Source of the DNA: Hamiltosporidium tvaerminnensis FI-OER-3-3
Taxonomy: Eukaryota > Fungi > Microsporidia
Length of the DNA stretch: 64,000 nt
Assembly: GCA_022605425.2 (NCBI GenBank)
Contig: CM061247.1
Coordinates: forward strand, 124,001 to 188,000
Direction of reading: 5' to 3'
Position numbers and translations under genes: made by a program. This document shows positions 1 through 10,776 of the stretch, one piece after another. The notes under the pieces were generated by a model that worked only from the letters and a program-made list of their open reading frames with translations, was not told the origin of the DNA and did no database searches. The stretch's first letter is position 1; each line of letters starts with the position of its first letter.

Positions 1-324
1 TTTGAACCCTGATCTTTTGTTCAATATAAGAAAAAGATGAGGCATACAAATCTGTATTGCCTATTTTTGTTTGTATATTTAAGATAAAGTATGAAAAATG
101 CTCATTTATGGCTATAATAGACACCATAATTAATTAATGAGATGTTTAATCTACTATTTGTTAGAAAATATAAACTCGAGGTCTTTAGATAATTAGAAGT
201 CAATTTGTATAATAAGTTCTTGAAAATTAGATCCATATTGAGAGGATACACTGGAATGAAACTGATGTCAAATTCGGAATAATAAATCAACTAAATTTAT
301 TTTGAATACGAAATTGAATAATAT

Positions 325-460
325 AACTTTCATTAAAGTAGTAATTACTTCCCAAGATTCACTTCAAATTATTCAAACATAAATACAAGAAATTTATACT
401 TATAAATCAATAAATTGTGTTTAATTTATACGTTTAGTGTGCCTATACTTTCTTGGGTTA
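325..460 (+). mobile_element. Degenerate fragment of the RLE non-LTR retrotransposon (endonuclease region)
   Basis: cattaaagtagtaattacttcccaagattcacttcaaattattcaaac matches 41847-41894 (IEVGITSQDSLQIVET) of the full-length element. Confidence 0.7.
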
Positions 461-534
461 TAATAATTAAGATGGCATTATTTCTAAATAAAAACCTTAA
501 CTCTAAGGAAGCTTATTGAATGTAAGTATATAAG

Positions 535-770
535 AATATTTTCCCACCATTCCGGGAGCAGAAAAGCTTGGAGTATTCTCTGCTTGTCTAAGAGGCAACT
601 AAAAGGAACTGGTCTTCCGGGTTGGGCGTAGGGCTAAATACCTACCCTTTAAAACTACATTTTTACGAAACTCGAAAAAGAAACAAAACCACTGGAAAAA
701 GACCGGTGGGTGGTATTACTGATAGCGGTCAAGGCTCGTGCAAGGTTTTAGTGACAAAGATAATAATAAC
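535..770 (+). mobile_element. Short non-autonomous RTE-derived element (RTE 5' motif fused to RTE 3' end), copy A
   Basis: gggttgggcgtagggctaaatacctaccctttaaaa resembles the RTE 5' motif; 3' part caaggctcgtgcaaggttttagtgacaaagataataataa; homologous to the reverse complement of 5897-6022 and 62121-62362. Confidence 0.6.
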
Positions 771-839
771 GATACAAGAATATATAATCTATAGCATAAA
801 AAAAGTTGTGGAAACCGTAATTTTAATTTTATAAAGAAG

Positions 840-1090
840 AATGAAGACAAGACAAAATACTAACTTACGACAAGAAAGAGTATACAGAGATGTCGTTAAA
901 CCAGCAAAAATGTACAAACAATATATAAATCCTTACATTTTATGTTAAGTACGCATAAAATGGTAAGAAAGCAGAGAATAAATTTATTTAGCTTCAATCT
1001 GCAGATATAAAAACCGAAACCAAAGTATTAGACTACAGATATTAAAAGATACGGATAATAAGACGAGTAAAGAGGTATATAAAGTCATTT
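840..1090 (+). mobile_element. Possible RTE-clade LINE relic (post-RT region)
   Basis: gtatacagagatgtcgttaaaccagcaaaaatgtac translates as VYRDVVKPAKMY, like the RTE Y..vvrP...YG motif; heavily decayed. Confidence 0.35.
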
Positions 1091-1159
1091 AAAACAAATA
1101 TAATATTTTTTTTATAAAATTTATTTCGATTTATTGCAAACAAAATTTTTTTTGATTTT

Positions 1160-3607
1160 CAAATTTTCAAATTTTTAATTCTAATTTATTAAATAAATTC
1201 TTATTTGAATCGTTATTAAACTAAAATAAAAATTAAAAATTCCTCTTTTTTATTTCCTGAATTAATAGTAGAAATATTCTTATTAATTCTACAAAATAAA
1301 TAAATTACTATCGAGACTAAATTTAGCTGTTTTTAATATTTGGAGTTCTAAGATCAAAAAAGAAAACTTTATATTGTTTAATTTTAAATCTATAAAATAG
1401 AAAATTATTTTTAACGTTTTTTTATTTTAAAGTTCGCCTAAACTAAAAATCTCTGAACTTGCTTTTATCGCTTCAGAAAAAACATATTTTGGCATTATTT
1501 TGCAGGTTTTTAGAAAACATCTATCACATATTACAACACTTTCTCCAATTATAGAATCTTGAATTAAACAATTTTCTCCGATCTTTGTATTATCAAGAAT
1601 AATACTTGAAAGAATTCTCGTTCCTTTCCCTATTCTACAATTATTTCCAATTATAGAATTATATAAATAGAAATCACCAGGTAAAAATTTTTTACCCACA
1701 ATATTTCGAACATCTTCATTTTGATCTTTAAAAGATATTTTTTTAAGAGTTTGTCTGCAACAATTTTTATACTCAAATATTTCACCTTCTCCATTTAATA
1801 TCCATTGTGGTATAAAACTAGATTGTTTCTTTGCCAAAGATGCTTTTATAAATGCTTCAATAGAATTTATTTGAAAATAATATCCACTATCAACTCTCAT
1901 AACCTTGACTGGGCATTTTTCTCTTAAATTTTCTATTAAAAATGGCAGAAAACTTGCTTTGAAGCTAAAAAATGACTCTTCGTATTCCAATAAACTTTTA
2001 TCAAGAACATAAACCTGTGAAGTATCCATTTCTGTTGAAAATGTTATATTTGGAAATTTTTGAAACATTTCAAACTTTTTTTCATTTAAAATGTCCATAG
2101 AATTTACAGTATAATAAACCAGATTATTACCAGAATATCCCATAAGTTTGTGTCCTGTATTTGTTCTTATCAAAACTGTCATTATTTTACATCTTCCATA
2201 AAAATATTCTTCTAAGATACTAGAAACATCAATATTTGTAATTATATCTCCTTTGGTGACAAGAATATTTTTACTTTTTATTTTTTTACAAATTCTTAAT
2301 AAAGAATTAACACTGCCATCATATTGTGATATTGGAATAAATTCCGTTTTTTCTGATAATTTAAATTCTTCTAAATAATTATTTACTGTAACTTGATAAT
2401 ATTCAAGACCAATAATGTAAATTTTTGATGATTTTTTTTCTAACCACTGTATGTTATGAACAAGTAATGGTTTATTTAAAATTCGAAGTGTAAATTTTGG
2501 GTATTCCATAGTCGTTATTGGAAATATATCTATACCAGGCCCTAATAATATTATTGAGTCAATTTTATGGTCCATGGGTATTCAAAGTCAAATAAAAAAA
2601 TATATTTTGATCTTTTTTTAAGAAAAAATATTAAAAATTCAAAACGAAATGTTTCTTTGTGAGTTTCAAGTTTATGAAATTCCATTCTTTTATTTTTCGA
2701 TATTTAAAATTTATAAATGGTCTTTCATTTTTGAGTTATTCCTGTGTAAGTATAGTATACTAGTTTAAATTTTTGTCATTATTTCTTTTCTTTTACTCTT
2801 TTGGTAATATTTTTGCATTTTAAATAAATTCTTTGCTTTTTGTTTCTTTTCTCTTTTTTCCCTCATTTTTATTTTTTCAGATATTTTTTTTTTGAATTTC
2901 GAATCAAATATTTAATTTTTGTTTCATTTCCCGTTTTTCCCTCATTTTCATTTTTTCAGATATTTTTTTTTGAATTTCGAATCCCATATTTAATTTTTGC
3001 TTCAATTCTCTTTTTGTCTTCATATTTTAAATATTTTTTTATTCCATTTTCTTCCTCTTCAGAAATAATGAAGACATCTAATTTTCTAAAACAAAGTTCT
3101 TTTTGCTATATTTATATGAGATTTAAAACAGACAAGTCGTTGTAATTTAGTTCTGAATATAATACTTCATAGTATTTAAGTCAGTTTAAATTGGTTTTTG
3201 TGGAATATACAGCAAAGATAAATTTTCAATTCTAACCGATCCTAATGTCTCATTAATATTTTTTGTAATATTTAATAAAAATAAGATCTTGAATATCATC
3301 GAATAGAATTATTCAAATGATTTATTAAAAATCAAAATTTTTATTTCTTAAATATTTTCTATGTTTCTCGTAGTTTAAATCATTTTTATTTTTTGAAAAC
3401 AATTGATTCTTCTATAATTATTGCTACGTTTCTTAAATAATTATATCTTTTATTAAGAATTTAATCTAAGATATTGCTGTATTTCATATTCAAGTAACTA
3501 TATCAGATCTATTATTCCAAATAAGAAATTGGTCTTATACTACATAAATCTAATTAAAACAAATTTTTTCGTAAATAGTTTTTGAAATAATAACTTCTAA
3601 TTTGTTT
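1160..3607 (-). repeat. Left arm of a ~2.4-kb inverted segmental duplication containing eIF2B-gamma
   Basis: Reverse complement of ~58632-61165; near-identical from ~1345 to 3607 and visibly more diverged from ~1160 to 1345. Confidence 0.92.
1427..2575 (-). CDS. GCD1: Translation initiation factor eIF2B gamma subunit (nucleotidyltransferase-like plus left-handed beta-helix), copy 1
   Basis: N-terminal IILLGPG..IFP...PKFTL.ILNKPLL pyrophosphorylase-like motif; C-terminal hexapeptide repeats (SIIGNNCRIG, SIILDNTKIG, SIIGESVVIC); cccATG start. Confidence 0.8.
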   Translation of the reverse strand: MDHKIDSIILLGPGIDIFPITTMEYPKFTLRILNKPLLVHNIQWLEKKSSKIYIIGLEYYQVTVNNYLEEFKLSEKTEFIPISQYDGSVNSLLRICKKIKSKNILVTKGDIITNIDVSSILEEYFYGRCKIMTVLIRTNTGHKLMGYSGNNLVYYTVNSMDILNEKKFEMFQKFPNITFSTEMDTSQVYVLDKSLLEYEESFFSFKASFLPFLIENLREKCPVKVMRVDSGYYFQINSIEAFIKASLAKKQSSFIPQWILNGEGEIFEYKNCCRQTLKKISFKDQNEDVRNIVGKKFLPGDFYLYNSIIGNNCRIGKGTRILSSIILDNTKIGENCLIQDSIIGESVVICDRCFLKTCKIMPKYVFSEAIKASSEIFSLGEL

Positions 3608-4189
3608 CGATGATTGTAAATTGGGACTTGATAAAACGTTTGTTTTTTCAAAAAGAAACAGAGTTATAATAATTATTGAATCAGATTTTATTAAATCCTT
3701 AAAAAAATATTATGAGTTTGATTTTTAAAAAATCAATTTGATTAATCAAAAATACTTCGATAATATACTTTGCAATCTATCCTTTTAAAAATGTATTTCC
3801 GGAAAACTTACTATTTTTGAATTGAAATTTATATTTTTAATCTTTCTGTTTAAAATTTATGAATATTAAGTATATTTTATTATGAAACATGAGATTTAAT
3901 TAGAAATTTACAATGATATAACTTATACTTAACTTTTATCTAAAACTTAACATTCAAAACATTTTACTGACTTATTTCTCAAATTATAAACTTTTTAATG
4001 AATAAGTTGTACAGAATATGTGAAAGGAAATTATTTCAAAGTTAAAAAATTGAGATAAAAACAAATTAGAATTCTTAAAATGTAAAACTAAGAGTTTTAA
4101 CCTAAGACTTAACTTCTTACATTTGACCTCTTCTATTTTTTAAAAATTCATCAAATTAAATTTATCAAGAAATATTCTTTTCTGATAAT

Positions 4190-4318
4190 ACATAGAGGAA
4201 CTGACTATAAATATAAATGAAGAGTCGGATTTGGAAGAAGAAACAACTGTGGTAAAAGAGGTAGAAGAAAATGCATAAAACCTTAAAAATATTTTAACCC
4301 AGAATTTTATTAAATAAA
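4190..4318 (+). mobile_element. Short 3'-end copy of the RLE retrotransposon
   Basis: gaggaactgactataaatataaatgaagagtcggatttggaagaagaaac...aacccagaattttattaaataaa matches 42301-42425. Confidence 0.85.
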
Positions 4319-5479
4319 CGATCTGATAATACAAAACAAATATCTCGAAAAATATTTTTTTGCATAAATAAAATATATTAAGATTTTCTAGCCGTAAGTA
4401 ACTTAGATAAAGGCAGATACTAGCTTCTTGTTATAATGTTTTGCCTTCTCTACTGGTATCTGCTCTCAATCACAACCAATCTATTCGTATTTTATCTTAT
4501 CTCATATATTTATTGAATTATCAATGTTTAACCCCGGATAAATCCTTTATTCATATTTTATAACCCAATGATTTGCCAAAACCAGAGCCACGTGTTTCTA
4601 TAACATTTTATATCACATTCTACATATTTTTTTTGGTAACATTATTTCTGAGGCTTGTTGATTCGCTGAAGAATTAATAATAGTATTAATTTATCTTTAT
4701 GTGTTTTTTTATAATTATTTCTTAATACTACAAAATATGATTCATTTGTAATTCATATGAGATATATCGACCCAGAAGTCGTTCACCATAAGTCATAAAT
4801 ACCTAATACAAAATTTAGTACAAATATAATTGTCATTTTCACATAAGCTAGTTGAATCTAAGCTATCCAGCTCAAAATGCATATATCTAAAAATAAATAT
4901 GATGGCATTAGAATGCCTTATATTCATCTTCACAACGAATTCTAAATTTTTTTATTTGGTCAAAGAAGCTATTATCAACAGATTAATCTCATTTAAAATT
5001 ATTTAACAAGCCCTAATAAAGATTTATGCTATATCGAAGCCATTTTATACTTCAGCATAAAATTTTATATGCTAGGCATAGCTTAATTTTTTGATATTCA
5101 GGTAATTTTAAAATACAGCATTTTTATGACAAACAAATATCATAGATTTCTTGACCTAAATCATATAAAAATAATTACTTTATATTTTCTTCCCATGAGT
5201 AATTCATATTTAAGTATTTAATAAAAAGGATTCGGTTAACCTTTCATGGTAATATAATAGAAAATTTTGAGCTTACAAGATGAAATTTGAAAATTTAATC
5301 CAAAATGATAAAAAGCACTAAACACTGGTCTCTTTATTAAATTTATTTCCCATATTCCTTCAAAATATTCCGCTAATATAAAGTAAAAAAATTTAGACGT
5401 TTGAAAATAAAAAATAAATTTAGAGAATGTACATTTTATTGGTAAATAAGATTAATCTTTTGCATCACCTATTATTTCA

Positions 5480-5602
5480 AAAAGAGTAACCGACAATAGA
5501 TATAAAATTAGATTGGATTTAGAAGAGAAAAATATGGTGGTTATAGAAATAGAAGAAAATGTATAAAAAATATAATCTTAGTAGCCCAGAAATTTATTAA
5601 AT
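5480..5602 (+). mobile_element. Diverged short 3'-end copy of the RLE retrotransposon
   Basis: gagtaaccgacaatagatataaa...gatttagaagag...gaagaaaatgtataa...gcccagaaatttattaaa. Confidence 0.7.
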
Positions 5603-5896
5603 GAATTGAACATTCAATGCTTTCCGGAAGTATTACATCTAACTTTGCAACAAGTTTGATGATCATAGGTTAAAACTGAAATGGTAGATTAGAACAATAA
5701 AATTTAGAAATATACGTTTTTTTTTCGAAAGACCAATAATTTTTGCACTGAAGAACATAAAATCTGGTTAGAATTGTATCATTTGAACAAAAAATGAAAT
5801 TTTGCTTGTCATATATATTTATGAATGCTACCGAAATTTTCAATCACCAATTACAGAATGAATCTGGTATCAGGTAACTAAGAAATCATCTAAAAT

Positions 5897-6022
5897 TATT
5901 CATTCATTCATCCTTGGCACTACAGCCCTATCGAGCCTTAGCCTACCTTAGTAATACCGCCCATCGGTCTTTTTTCAGTGGGTTTGTTTACTTTTCGGGT
6001 TTCATAACAAGGTTGTTTTAAA
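5897..6022 (-). mobile_element. Short RTE-derived element, 5'-truncated copy B with (TGAA)n tail
   Basis: Reverse strand reads ...aggctaaggctcgatagggctgtagtgccaaggatgaatgaatgaat, an RTE-type 3' end with a short tandem tail; homologous to copies A and C. Confidence 0.65.
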
Positions 6023-6744
6023 TAGCATCTAAAATTATACTATGAAAATTCCTTAAGAAATCTTTAGCGATATAGATAGAATTTAATACTTCAAAAAAAT
6101 AATCATTTCTACAAAAAAAAATTATGTACGCATATAACGTCAAAAACAAATAGAAGATTTCGAAAATATAAAGTTTAAAACAAAAATGAATATAAAACGT
6201 ATAAATTATGAGTAAATTTTTTGTTACACTGCAAAATTTAACCAAATAAACTTAATTGAAAATATCGATAGCTATAATAAGAATTATAAACATTTAAGAC
6301 ACTAAATACGTTAAATGTCTCATCAAAACCTTTACATATAATTCGAACAATATTTTACTACATTTGGGGTGTTTTTTTATAAAAAATTACTATACGAAAA
6401 GGGTTACAGGTTTTATTATTATAAACTAAATAATCAGAATTAATTTAGAAAGTGATTCAGGCCTTTCTAAAAATGATATTATATTGCTAACTGCGGCATG
6501 ACGAAATTTCCTGAGCTTTTAAATAAACATATAAACCCAAAACAACATCTTACCATACCACTAATATTTTTTTAAATTCTAAATAGTCTTTTGAATCAAA
6601 TAAATTTTTATTTTTTTTCGAAGAAACATACGACTTGAAATTCATAAATAGACAAACAATGACTAAAAAACATTTAAAAAAATATAATTCCCCCTATTCT
6701 TCTAACATAGCACGCAATGTATTGTGAAAATTAAATTTAATAAG

Positions 6745-7251
6745 TTAAAACCTTTTTAAATCCAACTCATCTCCTTCAATATGTAAAACTTCAATGGCTT
6801 GTCCTTTTGTTTCAGCACCAATTTTATTTATTTCCATCAACGCAATACCCACAGCAATGCAACCTTTATTCAAAATATCAATCTTTACAATATCATTAAG
6901 AAATATTTCAGTTGTAATCAAGTGTCTATATTTATATATACCGGGCGCCATAACTGCTGCCCCAGAACATAAAGGTTTGTACGCACCTTCATCTAAAAAA
7001 ATTGTCTTTTTTAAAACATCAGGTTCCATTCTTATATGTTGAAGTGTTGGTATATAAATATTATTATAAATAAAAATAATTGGTTTGTTTTCTTGCGTGA
7101 TCACTACTTTCTTGTCTTTACATTTATTTACAATAAACGTATTTTCCACAGATAAAAATGAAGAACCGCCATATTTTTGCATCATTGATTTCTTTTCTTT
7201 TCCTCCCATCACATGTGATCCAACCACTTTAAGATTTTTAAATAGTGTCAT
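6745..7251 (-). CDS. TMA20: PUA-domain translation factor MCT-1/Tma20
   Basis: YIPTL..I, LDEGAYKPLCSGAAVMAPG, IAVG.ALM, TKGQAIEVLHIEGDEL are MCT-1 family motifs; ATG at 7251 follows ccctaga, preferred over the TTG start at 7296. Confidence 0.85.
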   Translation of the reverse strand: MTLFKNLKVVGSHVMGGKEKKSMMQKYGGSSFLSVENTFIVNKCKDKKVVITQENKPIIFIYNNIYIPTLQHIRMEPDVLKKTIFLDEGAYKPLCSGAAVMAPGIYKYRHLITTEIFLNDIVKIDILNKGCIAVGIALMEINKIGAETKGQAIEVLHIEGDELDLKRF

Positions 7252-7329
7252 TCTAGGGATTAAACAGTAAAAATATATAGCAATCAATATTTTCAAATAT
7301 TTTTAATGTAAACTTTTTCATCTACTTAA

Positions 7330-7401
7330 TCTCCCATGGTGTAGAGGTTATCATTCTAGTTTGTCATGCTGGCGACCCGGGTTCGATTCCCGGTGGGAGA
7401 G
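7330..7401 (+). tRNA. tRNA-Asp (GTC)
   Basis: Acceptor stem TCTCCCA/TGGGAGA with G discriminator, anticodon arm CTAGT-TTGTCAT-GCTGG, T arm CCGGG-TTCGATT-CCCGG, followed by a poly-T Pol III terminator. Confidence 0.95.
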
Positions 7402-7478
7402 ATTTTTTTTTCAATATATTTCTATTTACATAGAAATAATAAAAATATATTTTTATTTTAAGTGTAGACACCCTAAGA

Positions 7479-8201
7479 ATGGCTATAGGTGATGCAAAGA
7501 CCAATACATTTACCGAAGAAGGTAGAATTCTACAAGTAGAATATGCAATAAAAAACGTCTCCCAAGCAGGTACAATTGTAGGATTGAATTGTAACGATGG
7601 TGTTCTTCTTTTAGGAATAAAGAAAGGCGCTGTTCAAAGTTTTAAAGAAAAGATTTATAAACTAAGTGAAGGAATATATTGTTGTGTGTGTGGAATATTT
7701 CCCGATGCACTTCAAATTGTACAATATGCACGTGTAAATGCCCAAAATTTTCTTGAAGAATTCGGAACTTCTATGCCTGTCAGTACACTTGCAAGAAAAG
7801 TTGGTGAATTGAAACAAGGATTTACACAATCTGGAGGAATGCGTCCTTTTGGTGTTTCATTTTTATATGCAGGAATCAAAGACAACCAATATCTTTTATA
7901 TTCAACTGATCCAAGTGGCACATGTAATGCATGGAAAGGTAAGGCATACGGAGAATTTGAAGATGCAATAAACAATGGTTTTAAAAATGATTTAAGTGAT
8001 GATAATAAAACTTTTAAAGAAGGTTTAAAATCTTTGATTCAAATAATTTCAAAGAGTAGAGAATGCAATGAAGAATCTGCTCCTTTATTTGAAGTGTTAC
8101 ATTTAAGTAAAGATGGATGTAAATTTTTAACGAATGAAGAAATAATTAATGTTTTTAAAGAAATTGAAAAAGACGAAAAAATGAAAAATGAAAAAAAATA
8201 A
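7479..8201 (+). CDS. PRE9: 20S proteasome alpha subunit (alpha-3/PSMA4 type)
   Basis: TNTFTEEGRILQVEYA, KQGFTQSGGMRPFGVSFLYAG, LYSTDPSG, AWKG. Confidence 0.88.
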   Translation: MAIGDAKTNTFTEEGRILQVEYAIKNVSQAGTIVGLNCNDGVLLLGIKKGAVQSFKEKIYKLSEGIYCCVCGIFPDALQIVQYARVNAQNFLEEFGTSMPVSTLARKVGELKQGFTQSGGMRPFGVSFLYAGIKDNQYLLYSTDPSGTCNAWKGKAYGEFEDAINNGFKNDLSDDNKTFKEGLKSLIQIISKSRECNEESAPLFEVLHLSKDGCKFLTNEEIINVFKEIEKDEKMKNEKK

Positions 8202-9004
8202 AATTAAATATTTTTTTCTGTGGTTCTACTTTTTTATATTTTTATATGTTTTAAATCTTTTAATTTTTCCTTTCTAATTTTTTAGATTTTTAGTCCTTTC
8301 TTTAAATTAACAAATTTTTAATTTTTTTCATTCTATATTAATCAGAATGTAATAATTTTTTTTCAAATAACTATACAAATACAGATTCAATATTCAAAAT
8401 AATTTTTTAAGATTTTGCAAAAATTATTTCAAATAAAAATGAAGAAAGATTTGTAATTAAAATTCTGTTGCTACAAATTTTAATTAATCATAAAACTCAT
8501 AATTACACAAAAAAATTAAAAAGTACAGATTTATTTAAAAATACAGCCAATTCATAATTCATAATTTATAATTTACATTTCAAATTTCTTCTAAATAATT
8601 TAAATTCGATTTTTTTAAGCTTTAAAAACATATTTTAAAAATCTCACTTGTAAGTCTAAATATGAGATATATAAAATAAAATTAAGTTTATTTTTTTTCA
8701 ATAGCAGTATACTTCAAACACAAACCTCTTTATAAACCTTAAAATATTTATTATTACGTCTATTATTACAAATATAGCAATTGTATAAGCCCCTAGATAA
8801 AAAAAGAAAATATGAATTAAATATTAATTTTAGTTTAGAAAGATGTACAAATATACCCTTAAAAAGACAAAAACATTACCAAACACCTAAACTTAGAGAA
8901 AATTAAAATAATCAATTAAATATTAAAATATTACATAAGTCAATATCTAGGTCTTCTTAAACTTCTTTTAAACTTATTTTTTAGATGTAAAATTTATTTA
9001 GACT

Positions 9005-9078
9005 TCGTAAAACAAAATGGTGGAAAGAACTATTTAAAAAAGAGAAAATTTGTTAACCCAGAATTTTATTAAAGAAAA
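9005..9078 (+). mobile_element. Very short 3' tail of the RLE retrotransposon
   Basis: ttaacccagaattttattaaa is identical to the element terminus. Confidence 0.6.
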
Positions 9079-9210
9079 ATAGACTTCTTAAAATAAATTA
9101 TTTAAAAAAAATAATTGTGCATTAAAATTATTTTAATAAAAAAGAAAAGCTTGTTGTTAAAATAAATATACAATTGCTTAAGAAAGTAGGAAAAAGATGA
9201 ATTTTAAATT

Positions 9211-9940
9211 AAAACGTCGAAAGAAGGTTAACCACATAAAAAACTCTCTGCTTTGCAATGAGTGTGTGAAACTGGTGTGAAGATCATTGTTTGGATTTTC
9301 GGTGGGAATAAAACCACACTACATCTTCGGTTGTTCCATGGGATTTGTTATGAGGAGGAGAGGTCTAAGAAATGGAGAAGCTTACTCTACGATTTATTTG
9401 TAGTTTTTTATGTAACCAGATTGCAGACCGCAGCTGAAATTGTAGGTAATTGCTATGTAAAAGCATGGAAACTTAGCCTTGCTCACTCGGGCTAGAAGAC
9501 TTAGCGCCTGGAAGATATAAAAATAAAAGCCATTAAAACACGGGAGAGCTAAGTAGCGGGTTATACCTGTTGGTATGACATTGCACTGTCTAGGTGGACC
9601 CCATGTAATTCTCTGAAATATATCTTCGCTAGAAGTTTATTGGGTTCAGAAAGTATGAAGTAAGTGGAATGCTGCGTAATCTTGGAGGAGTCCAGAGTTG
9701 ATTTCGGCCTTCGATCACATACCATGCAACGGCTATAAAAGAACTCCGGGCAAATGCCTTGCCTGTAAATTAAGTTCTACGCACCTGGTAGATTAAAAGC
9801 TTTGGGACGTAGGTATCTCAGGGGGTACTGATGTAGTCTTGGGGTAGCATTTATTTATTAAACCTAGAAGTGCGTTAATGCCATGAAAACATATGTAGGA
9901 ATTGTCACTGTTTTAAAAAGATGTGATACATTTAAATAAA
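9211..9940 (+). repeat. ~720-nt structured non-coding repeat (candidate SINE), copy 1
   Basis: Co-linear with the reverse complement of 46848-47582, 47589-47865 and 45550-46272; GC-richer than flanks; ends gatgtgatacatttaaataaa. Confidence 0.85.
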
Positions 9941-10023
9941 GCTTTTATAGAAATAAATAATACCAAGAATAAATGAATAAATAGAATGAAGAATAGGCAA
10001 TATATAAATAAATAAATTTATTT

Positions 10024-10530
10024 TTAAAGAGCCTCTGCAAGTTCGGCATGAATAACATACAAATCAATCTTAAAACCACGAAGTCTTTGAATAACTTTCT
10101 CTGCATTTTGTGCAGAAGAGAGTGTAATAAATGCAAATCCGCGTGATTTTTTTTTATTATCACTTCCTGTTGTATAAATTATACGTGTTTCAATAACTGG
10201 CAATTTACATTCTTTCATAATTATCATTTCAAGTTCTTTGCTTGTTATTTCCAAAGGAATATTTGTAATCCTTACTGAAGTCATGGTACTTCTTGGTCCG
10301 TACGAAGCAATAGAAGAAAAGGCTCCTATGTTTCTATTACGTGGTTTAAAAACATAAATATCACCTGTATTTGATACTACACTCTTTGATAAAGAAGTAG
10401 ATACTGTTTGGAATGATGGGTATGGTTTTGAATTCGGAATTATGTTAGATGAAATTCCTTTTCCAAATTGTGGAAGTAAAGACCTTTCAGTTATTTTTTC
10501 AATATTCGGTTTGAAATCTCGTATTTCCAT
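10024..10530 (-). CDS. TIF35: Translation initiation factor eIF3 subunit G (RRM)
   Basis: C-terminal RRM with SVRITNI and KSRGFAFIT, ending GFKIDLYVIHAELAE as in eIF3g; cccATG start. Confidence 0.8.
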   Translation of the reverse strand: MEIRDFKPNIEKITERSLLPQFGKGISSNIIPNSKPYPSFQTVSTSLSKSVVSNTGDIYVFKPRNRNIGAFSSIASYGPRSTMTSVRITNIPLEITSKELEMIIMKECKLPVIETRIIYTTGSDNKKKSRGFAFITLSSAQNAEKVIQRLRGFKIDLYVIHAELAEAL

Positions 10531-10611
10531 GGGTTTTTAAAAAAAATGAAAATAAATGTTAAAAGAAAAACTATTTTAGTTTGAAAACTGTAAATAGTTT
10601 CATATTTTTAC

Positions 10612-10776
10612 AAATAATTTATAAAGAACTTAAAACAGGAAGAAATAATTTATAAAGAACTTAAAACAGGAAGAAATAATTTATAAAGAACTTAAAACAG
10701 AAAGAAATAATTTATAAAGAATTTAAAACAGTAAGTTATAATTTATAAAGAATTTAAAACAGTAAGTTATAATTTT
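10612..10776. repeat. 31-bp tandem repeat, ~5.3 copies
   Basis: Unit aaataatttataaagaacttaaaacaggaag; its ataaagaa core recurs at 10621, 10652, 10683, 10714, 10745. Confidence 0.9.

Noticed and set aside
1427-2575. Alternative call as mannose-1-phosphate guanylyltransferase
   Set aside because: The GGxGTRLxPLT catalytic loop is degenerate (GPGIDIFPIT), as expected for non-catalytic eIF2B-gamma; no C-terminal W2 domain, so not epsilon
2840-3145. F-rich ORFs (2840-3145, 59265-59483, 46551-46784) and antisense ORFs inside genes and TEs
   Set aside because: By-products of T-rich tandem repeats or shadows of real ORFs on the opposite strand
9262-9495. 77-aa ORFs at 9262-9495 and 47297-47530 as a protein family
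   Set aside because: GTG starts, and the two translations differ by compensating frameshifts in the middle; the DNA is conserved, not the protein
9211-9940. Identification as telomerase RNA, RNase P/MRP, U2 or an rRNA fragment
   Set aside because: No convincing telomere template, P4 consensus, branch-point recognition sequence or rRNA universal motif seen by eye; needs an Rfam search
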